Source: Nitrospirota bacterium (GTDB taxonomy: Bacteria; Nitrospirota; Thermodesulfovibrionia; Thermodesulfovibrionales; UBA1546). Taken from it: a stretch of DNA of 64,000 nt. Shown piece after piece: positions 58,135 to 64,000 of the stretch (positions are counted from its first letter, which is position 1; each line of letters begins with the position of its first letter). The notes beneath the pieces were generated by a model. The model had not been told where the DNA came from and did not search any database. It saw only the letters and a program-made list of their open reading frames with translations. The translations under genes and the position numbers were made by a program. The stretch spans positions 14,677-78,676 of the forward strand of contig WPIF01000006.1 of NCBI GenBank assembly GCA_009773185.1, read 5' to 3'.

Positions 58135-58210
58135 GTAAAACACCTCCTTACTGAATGAAAGATTGAGTTTTATTATAGCAGTTTTTTCTTTTAAGAATAT
58201 ATTTTCCGCA

Positions 58211-59260
58211 TTAATCTTTCCATTCTTTCTGAACTTCATAGCACCCATGGAGTTTAAATGCCTTCCTTGCATTTTCTATTTGTTCTCCGACAAGCCCTTC
58301 AACCGAATAATCGCCCAAACCTTCTCTCTGCATATAAACCATGTACCCTATCTGTTCAGGTTCAAGCCCCATGACCCTCGCGCCAATGCCGTCAGCCTTT
58401 AAAGCATCCGATGATGCAATGGCCACCCCGAGTTCCACGCTGTTGCCGTCAATAGGCCCGTCCCCTTCCATCCCGGTCATCCCATCAATAACAACAAGGT
58501 CGGGCCAGACAAGCTTTGAAAAAGAAAGGATGTTATAGTGAATTACCTTCACGGCCTTTATATATGTCCTGAAGTGCCGGAACAGGTAATTTACAAGCCA
58601 GTTGGGGAGGCTGCGCCTCATATAGGAAATAGTTCCTTTGGGAAGCTTGTCAAAAAAGGTTTCAGGCGCATCAACCTCTATCCCTCCCTTCATTCCATGG
58701 ATTGTGGACATGTCCTCCTGTTTGACAAAGCCTGCCATATTTTTTATCCCTAATGTTGCAATTGCGAAGTTATGGGTTTTGGGAGGAGCTACGGAAATTT
58801 TATAATCAAAGTCCCTGCTTCTTTTTGCTATGCGGAGATGAGTAACTCCGACAGCGGTCTTAATCGGGACCCTGATGTATTCATCACACCTGTCGAAACT
58901 TTCAAGCCTTATATTCGGATATTTTTTTTCAAGTGTGTCATAGTGGAAATATCTGAATACGTCTTCGGTACGCATCCCGCGGTAATATGCGCTTCCGCTG
59001 CTTTCTCCAACGGTTATATTTTTCCCCGGGAAATGTGCCTGCAAAAATTCGATAACCCCTTCAACTGCCTCAACATGTGTGTTGGCAACCTGTTTTTTAA
59101 TATCTGTCAGGTTGGGTTTTATCAGGATATTTTTTGCAGATGCAATATCAGTTAAATCAGGGGCTATCAATTCCAGCGCCTTAATAATATTCTGTTTTCT
59201 GTTAACCCCTTTTACCAGTGAAACTTTCCTGCCAGTTTTCATATGATTACCTGCAGGCAT
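58211..59260 (-). CDS. DUF362-domain protein
   Basis: ...ILIKPNL..., ...VIDGMTGMEGDGP... The start is ambiguous (59260 or 59242). Confidence 0.6.
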   Translation of the reverse strand: MPAGNHMKTGRKVSLVKGVNRKQNIIKALELIAPDLTDIASAKNILIKPNLTDIKKQVANTHVEAVEGVIEFLQAHFPGKNITVGESSGSAYYRGMRTEDVFRYFHYDTLEKKYPNIRLESFDRCDEYIRVPIKTAVGVTHLRIAKRSRDFDYKISVAPPKTHNFAIATLGIKNMAGFVKQEDMSTIHGMKGGIEVDAPETFFDKLPKGTISYMRRSLPNWLVNYLFRHFRTYIKAVKVIHYNILSFSKLVWPDLVVIDGMTGMEGDGPIDGNSVELGVAIASSDALKADGIGARVMGLEPEQIGYMVYMQREGLGDYSVEGLVGEQIENARKAFKLHGCYEVQKEWKD

Positions 59261-59293
59261 ATTTCAGGGAAGATGACGTGAAATGCAGGAGGC

Positions 59294-59680
59294 CTACCTG
59301 GATTTTTTGGCGTACTGGATGCTGATTTCATATGAAACGCTTGCGTGTTCAGGAGAAGGGGGACTGGTTTTTCCTTTGCAGACTAACTTGCCCTTTCCTG
59401 ATTTCTTGCGGTTTTTAATCAGGTCTGCAATGGCTGGGGTTAAATCAAAGCCCCCGTTGACGCAATCTTTAATCATGCATTCCATATTGAAATAGGCATA
59501 ACTGGCAGGAAGGATATTAATGGTGCGCTCCATAAGAACCGGATTTGCTACTTTCTGGTAGTATGTCATATTAATTATAATTGATGAAACTTTAGGGAAG
59601 CGCTCTGAAACCAGGCCGGCATTAATCCTGTTTTTTTTGACAAGTTCCATCCTTGCGATATAATCTTGCCTGTGTGCCAT
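59294..59680 (-). CDS. Hypothetical protein, no family recognised
   Basis: 128-aa ORF upstream of, and co-directional with, the DUF362 gene. Confidence 0.45.
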   Translation of the reverse strand: MAHRQDYIARMELVKKNRINAGLVSERFPKVSSIIINMTYYQKVANPVLMERTINILPASYAYFNMECMIKDCVNGGFDLTPAIADLIKNRKKSGKGKLVCKGKTSPPSPEHASVSYEISIQYAKKSR

Positions 59681-59873
59681 TTTGTTTGCCTCCTTACTTA
59701 AAAACTGGAGCGTTAGAGCTGCTCAACAAAAAAGCCACAAAGATAAAGGTCTTTGCGGCCATCGAATGTACAAAAACTTCTGCAACTCAATGGCAGTATG
59801 ACATATTACCCGGCAGAAAGTCAAACAATAGGATTCCGAAGAATTAAACCCGGCATCCTGTACGGGCTATTTT

Positions 59874-62189
59874 TTACCATTGGCCCAGCGTTCCTTTTAT
59901 CCTTTCAAGTTCAACAGTAGCTTTTGCGTAATCAACCTCAGCCCTTTTTTCAGAGGATAGAGCCTTTGCATATTCCTCCTGAAATTTAAGCACATCGTTC
60001 AGGGTTGCCATGCCAACCTTGAACCTGCCTTTCTCGGCCTCAAATCTTTTTTCTGCTGCTGTCCGTGTCTTCTTTGTTGCGCTGATTGTCTCTGACGCAA
60101 GCTGAACCGTCCTCCATGCCTCTCTTACCTCAGCCGTGATTTTCTGTTCCAGTATCTTCAGGGTGATGCCTGATTTTTCCTCCTCGTGCATTGCCTTGAG
60201 ATAGGTTCCTTCCGCGGCGCTGTTGCCTATTGGTATTCTGAGAGAGAGGCCGAACTGCCATGAATAGTAATCCCCGGAACCCAGCCTGTCAAGGGTATTA
60301 TCATAGGCCCCGTTAAGCCCGTTCAGGCCGGCAGAGCCGATTAAGTTAAGGTCAGGATATTTTTGGTTGTCAAAGTATTTTCTGAGTATCTCTTTGTTTT
60401 TATATTCAATGGAAGCCTGCTTGTAGTCTTTCCTGTTATTAAAGGCCGTATCTGTTGCCTTCTCAACAGGCTGGATATCGGTTGGTATGGGTGTTTTTTC
60501 TATCGGGATAAGCTCGGCCTGCCAGTCCTTCATATTAATTACGACCCTCAGCCTGTCTGCCATATCAAATACCAGCTTCTTTGCCTTAAGCAGGGACTCT
60601 TCCCTTAATGAAGCCTCGGCCTCAGCCTTGAAAATTTCTACGGGTGCAAGTAAGCCCGCGTCTATTTTTGCCTTTGCCTCAGCTAAAAGATTTTGTGCAA
60701 GTTTAAGCGAAAGTTCAGCGACCTCGAAATCGTATCTTGCAAACGCAAGGTCCCAGTATGCCCTGGCTGTATCGGCTATAATACCGATTGATTTATCATC
60801 AAGGCTTAACCTGGCAGCTTCGTAATTATTTTTTGCCACATTAAGATTGCTTTCCTGAATCTCTTTGCCAATGCCTTTAAGCAATGGCTGAGTCATTGTC
60901 AGCACCAGCGCAGAGGTATAATAAGGGTTGGTTGTCAGATATGGCGCGTTGCTTTTCGAGCGTTCATTGGCCCACTTGAGTTCGTATGTTGTCCCTGTGT
61001 TTACTTTGCCGCCAAGGCTGACATCGCCATTTGCTGTTCTTTCTTCTGTGCCTGTAAGAAGGGAAGGTGAACTGGATTTTTTGTAGGACTCGGTTGCCTT
61101 AAGGTCTATATTGGGGTCAAATTCACCCTTCCTGAACTTTATGTCTGCCTCAGCTATCTTTGGATTTATGCGTTCCCCTGCCAGAGACAGGTTTTCCCTG
61201 AGTGACATATTAATTGCCTCACTGAGGGTAAGTTCGAGTTTTTCAGCGGCAGAAACACCGGAAGAGTTGAATATCAAAAGCGCAGAAGCGCAGGAGAACA
61301 GGAGTAATTTCAGGGCTTTGGAACTTTGGAACTTTGGAACTTTGGAACTGTTTCTTAACGTCAGATACCCTGAAAATATTATCAGCACTCCGCCGATGAT
61401 TGAGTTTATGCCTGGCATTTCACTGAGAAATATCATGCTTAAAATTATAGCACTAACCGGCTCGAGATAACCAAGGACAGCAGTTTTGTTGGCAGTCACA
61501 TATTTAAGCCCACTGAAATAAAGCAAAGGGGCTATTGTGGAATGGACTATTCCCATAACAAGAAAAGTCCATAGGGCATTGAAAGGGAATTCTCTAACAA
61601 AAGGCGCAAGCAACAGTATTATGACGATGTTTGAAAAGAAGGCAAGCACAAGCGGGTGGAAGTCCTGTGAATAGAGTCTGATGACTATGATTATAATTGC
61701 GTATGTAAACCCGGATATGATTCCTGCGATTATCCCTGCGGTTTGGCCTTCCTTAAATGAGAATCCGTTGAGCATAATCCAGAGGCCTGCGGAGGCTATG
61801 ATAATTATAATAATGAGTCTTTTTGTGATCTTTTCTTTCAGGAAAACAGGAGCTAAAAATGCAACGATTATAGGTGCAGTATAGTGAGTAAGGACTGCAT
61901 TGGCTATAGTTGTATATTTATATGCGTAGTAATAAGTGAATGTGTTAAAAAGTCCTATGATCCCGAGGAGCATGGGATATTTAAGCCTTTTTATCTCCGG
62001 GATTTCTTTCCGGTAATTTTTATGCGACAGGATTATCCCCTGAACAGTCAGTGCCACTATAACTGAGTAAAAAATAAGGATATGCACTGCAACCCCTGAG
62101 AGCCTTATGACTATTCCAAGAGAGCTCCAGAGGAATATGGCAAGCAGGATATAGAGAGAAGCCATTGCCTGTGTCATAGAAAAATACAT
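59874..62189 (-). CDS. Single ORF fusing an EamA/DMT 10-TM transporter (aa 1-~280) to a complete TolC-like outer-membrane factor with its own signal-peptide-like segment
   Basis: The N-terminal half has two EamA-like 5-TM repeats. After the 8-bp x4 array come KALKLLLFSCASALLIFNSSGVSAAEK and ~470 aa of TolC-type coiled/beta repeats. Confidence 0.6.
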   Translation of the reverse strand: MYFSMTQAMASLYILLAIFLWSSLGIVIRLSGVAVHILIFYSVIVALTVQGIILSHKNYRKEIPEIKRLKYPMLLGIIGLFNTFTYYYAYKYTTIANAVLTHYTAPIIVAFLAPVFLKEKITKRLIIIIIIASAGLWIMLNGFSFKEGQTAGIIAGIISGFTYAIIIIVIRLYSQDFHPLVLAFFSNIVIILLLAPFVREFPFNALWTFLVMGIVHSTIAPLLYFSGLKYVTANKTAVLGYLEPVSAIILSMIFLSEMPGINSIIGGVLIIFSGYLTLRNSSKVPKFQSSKALKLLLFSCASALLIFNSSGVSAAEKLELTLSEAINMSLRENLSLAGERINPKIAEADIKFRKGEFDPNIDLKATESYKKSSSPSLLTGTEERTANGDVSLGGKVNTGTTYELKWANERSKSNAPYLTTNPYYTSALVLTMTQPLLKGIGKEIQESNLNVAKNNYEAARLSLDDKSIGIIADTARAYWDLAFARYDFEVAELSLKLAQNLLAEAKAKIDAGLLAPVEIFKAEAEASLREESLLKAKKLVFDMADRLRVVINMKDWQAELIPIEKTPIPTDIQPVEKATDTAFNNRKDYKQASIEYKNKEILRKYFDNQKYPDLNLIGSAGLNGLNGAYDNTLDRLGSGDYYSWQFGLSLRIPIGNSAAEGTYLKAMHEEEKSGITLKILEQKITAEVREAWRTVQLASETISATKKTRTAAEKRFEAEKGRFKVGMATLNDVLKFQEEYAKALSSEKRAEVDYAKATVELERIKGTLGQW
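61317..61348. repeat. 8-bp x4 perfect tandem array at the EamA/TolC junction
   Basis: TTTGGAAC x4. It encodes SKVPKFQSSK on the minus strand. Confidence 0.95.
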
Positions 62190-62326
62190 CCTTTACATTT
62201 AAAATTATTTTGTGAAACATCGAATGCTTTTTTTAGAAATTATCACTATTGCCTTATATCTTGTCAATTAAATTTTGCAGGAGTAATGAAAAATGATATA
62301 CTTAGGTAAATATTGGAGGTTAGGAT

Positions 62327-63172
62327 TTGCTAAAACTTCGTGACGGCATAGTTGAGCTTTACAGAAAGGTTGCCACCTCGCTTCCGCCTGATGTTGAGGA
62401 TGCGCTTAAGGCAGCGTATGCGGTTGAGAAGAAAGGCTCGAATGCAAAGCAGGCCTTGCAGGTAATACTGGAAAATATCCGTCTTGCAAGGGAGACAGCA
62501 AGGCCGATATGCCAGGATACAGGCGTTCCTGTATTTTATGTAAAAACTCCTGTAGGGCTCAGCCAGCTTGAACTTGAAAATACAATAATAGAGGCCACAC
62601 GCATCGCGACTGAAAAGATTCCATTGAGGCCTAATGCCGTTGATATTATCACAGATAAAAATTCAGGAGATAATACGGGATTAGGGTTCCCCGTGATTTA
62701 TATCAGCGATACCCTGAGCAGCACCCTTACAATAGACCTGATGCTTAAAGGTTCAGGCTGTGAAAACATGGGACAGACATATAAGCTCCCCATAGAGGAA
62801 CTTATTGCGAACAGAGACCTTGACGGTGTAGGGAAATGTGTTCTCGATACAGTCTATAAGGCACAGGGCAAGGGCTGCCCGCCGTATACACTGGGAGTCG
62901 GTATTGGCGCAGCAAAGGACCAGGTTGCAAGACTCGCAAAGGAGCAGCTTATGAGAAGGCTTCCTGATATAAATGAGTCCGAGGTCCTCTTCAAACTTGA
63001 AAAGAAACTTTTGCATGAAATCAACAGTCTCGGTATAGGCCCATTGGGATTTGGGGGAAAAACAACTGCTCTTGGTGTAAAGATAGGCGTAAACCACAGA
63101 CATCCTGCATCTTATCTTGTGGATATATCAGTTTCATGCTGGGCTAACAGAAGGGGAAGGCTGATATGGTGA
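62327..63172 (+). CDS. Class I (Fe-S) fumarate hydratase / tartrate dehydratase, alpha subunit
   Basis: TTG start 7 nt after GGAGG. Contains RPICQDTGVPVFYVK. Confidence 0.8.
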   Translation: MLKLRDGIVELYRKVATSLPPDVEDALKAAYAVEKKGSNAKQALQVILENIRLARETARPICQDTGVPVFYVKTPVGLSQLELENTIIEATRIATEKIPLRPNAVDIITDKNSGDNTGLGFPVIYISDTLSSTLTIDLMLKGSGCENMGQTYKLPIEELIANRDLDGVGKCVLDTVYKAQGKGCPPYTLGVGIGAAKDQVARLAKEQLMRRLPDINESEVLFKLEKKLLHEINSLGIGPLGFGGKTTALGVKIGVNHRHPASYLVDISVSCWANRRGRLIW

Positions 63173-63783
63173 AAAAAGCAGAGAGCAGAGAGCAGAGGGC
63201 AGAGGGCAGAGTAATAAATCTGCCTTTAACAAAAAAAGATGCCATGAAGCTCAGGGCCGGGGATGTGGTTTTGATAAATGGTTTGATTGTGACAGGAAGG
63301 GATAAGGTTCACAAGTTTCTTTTTAACGGGAAAAATCAGAAAAAACACATGCCGTTTAATCTTGACGGAGCGGTGCTGTACCATTGCGGGCCTATCATAA
63401 AAAAAACAGAGGGCGAATACAAGGTTATAGCAGCAGGCCCAACAACAAGCATGCGCGTAGAGATGTATGAGCATAAGATAATATCCGATTACGGGCTCAG
63501 GGGCATTATGGGCAAGGGCGGAATGGGAGAGCATACACTCAGGGCGATGAAGGCAAAGGGCTGTGTATATTTCCATGCAATAGGAGGCGCTGCTGCATAT
63601 CTGGCAGACAGGATTAAGAGGGTTGTTGATGTATGGAAACTTGAGGAATTCGGAATGACAGAGGCAATGTGGTTATTGGAGGTTGAGAATTTTCCTGCGA
63701 TAGTGACGATGGATGCGCATGGAAAGAGCCTGCATAAAGAAATAGAAAAAGCTTCATTATTGAATCTTAAAAAACTCGTATGA
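63166..63783 (+). CDS. Class I fumarate hydratase / tartrate dehydratase, beta subunit
   Basis: LRAGDVVLINGLIVTGRDKVHK and GPTTSMR. The first ~15 codons are encoded by a heptamer array. Confidence 0.8.
   Translation: MVKKAESREQRAEGRVINLPLTKKDAMKLRAGDVVLINGLIVTGRDKVHKFLFNGKNQKKHMPFNLDGAVLYHCGPIIKKTEGEYKVIAAGPTTSMRVEMYEHKIISDYGLRGIMGKGGMGEHTLRAMKAKGCVYFHAIGGAAAYLADRIKRVVDVWKLEEFGMTEAMWLLEVENFPAIVTMDAHGKSLHKEIEKASLLNLKKLV
63178..63211. repeat. 7-bp x~5 array at the 5' end of the beta-subunit CDS
   Basis: GCAGAGA GCAGAGA GCAGAGG GCAGAGG GCAGAG. Confidence 0.9.
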
Positions 63784-63815
63784 ACGATGAGTTCACACGC
63801 CGCGAAGGAGTAAAG

Positions 63816-64000
63816 ATGAAACAGAAAAACCATAGGGGTGGCTACTTATCCATCTTGATGTTATTGTTGTGCGGTTTTTTAATTGGCTGTGCAGCAATGC
63901 CTTGGCAGACAGCTTCAGACATACCCGAACCCGTATCTGATGGCATATACCGAGGCCCTCGACCTAACTTTGATGAACTAAAAAAAGTGGCGATCGGAAC
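63816..64000 (+). CDS. Lipoprotein, 3'-truncated by the window edge (possibly phosphatase-like)
   Basis: GAAGGAG SD, then ATG 63816. Signal peptide plus lipobox LIGC. IYRGPRPNFDELKK resembles the start of dual-specificity phosphatase domains (weak). Confidence 0.5.
   Translation, partial: MKQKNHRGGYLSILMLLLCGFLIGCAAMPWQTASDIPEPVSDGIYRGPRPNFDELKKVAIG

Overview
This is a 64-kb chromosomal segment from what looks like an uncultivated, probably anaerobic bacterium. It encodes sigma-54 activators, a tetrahaem cytochrome c, an iron-sulfur flavoprotein and YeeE. The taxon cannot be fixed from the sequence alone. I count about 70 protein-coding genes and found no rRNA, tRNA or CRISPR array. The left 7.3 kb is a dense toxin-antitoxin (TA) and defence island. 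It holds Phd-VapC, a VapBC pair, and two diverged RHH-PIN paralogue modules in inverted orientation. Between those two modules lies an operon of higB, a HigA-HTH::ImmA/IrrE(M78) fusion and a phage 'beta-protein' family gene. That operon converges on, and overlaps by 56 nt, a separately promoted PD-(D/E)xK 'sce7726-like' gene. This four-gene arrangement is my top candidate for an uncharacterised conflict or defence system. The rest of the window is mostly housekeeping and signalling: EndoQ-like nuclease, YeeE plus three Usp paralogues under a sigma-54 promoter, NfeD-stomatin, rimP-nusA-recG, rsgA, MazEF, pilD-HK-HEAT-HD-GYP, glnS, gltX, tilS, a NosL-ABC cluster, a Xer recombinase, CheY/CheC/hybrid kinases, a Lon-like protease and class I fumarase. 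The window also carries many small repeats. These include a ~125-bp inter-cassette repeat carrying an outward extended -10, three MITE-like structured elements and a 69-bp double-hairpin palindrome. There is also a 17-bp x5 tandem array, an 8-bp x4 array that fuses an EamA transporter ORF to a TolC-like ORF, and several 28-34-bp heptamer arrays sitting in-frame inside conserved genes. All family assignments rest on motif recognition by eye, with no searches run.
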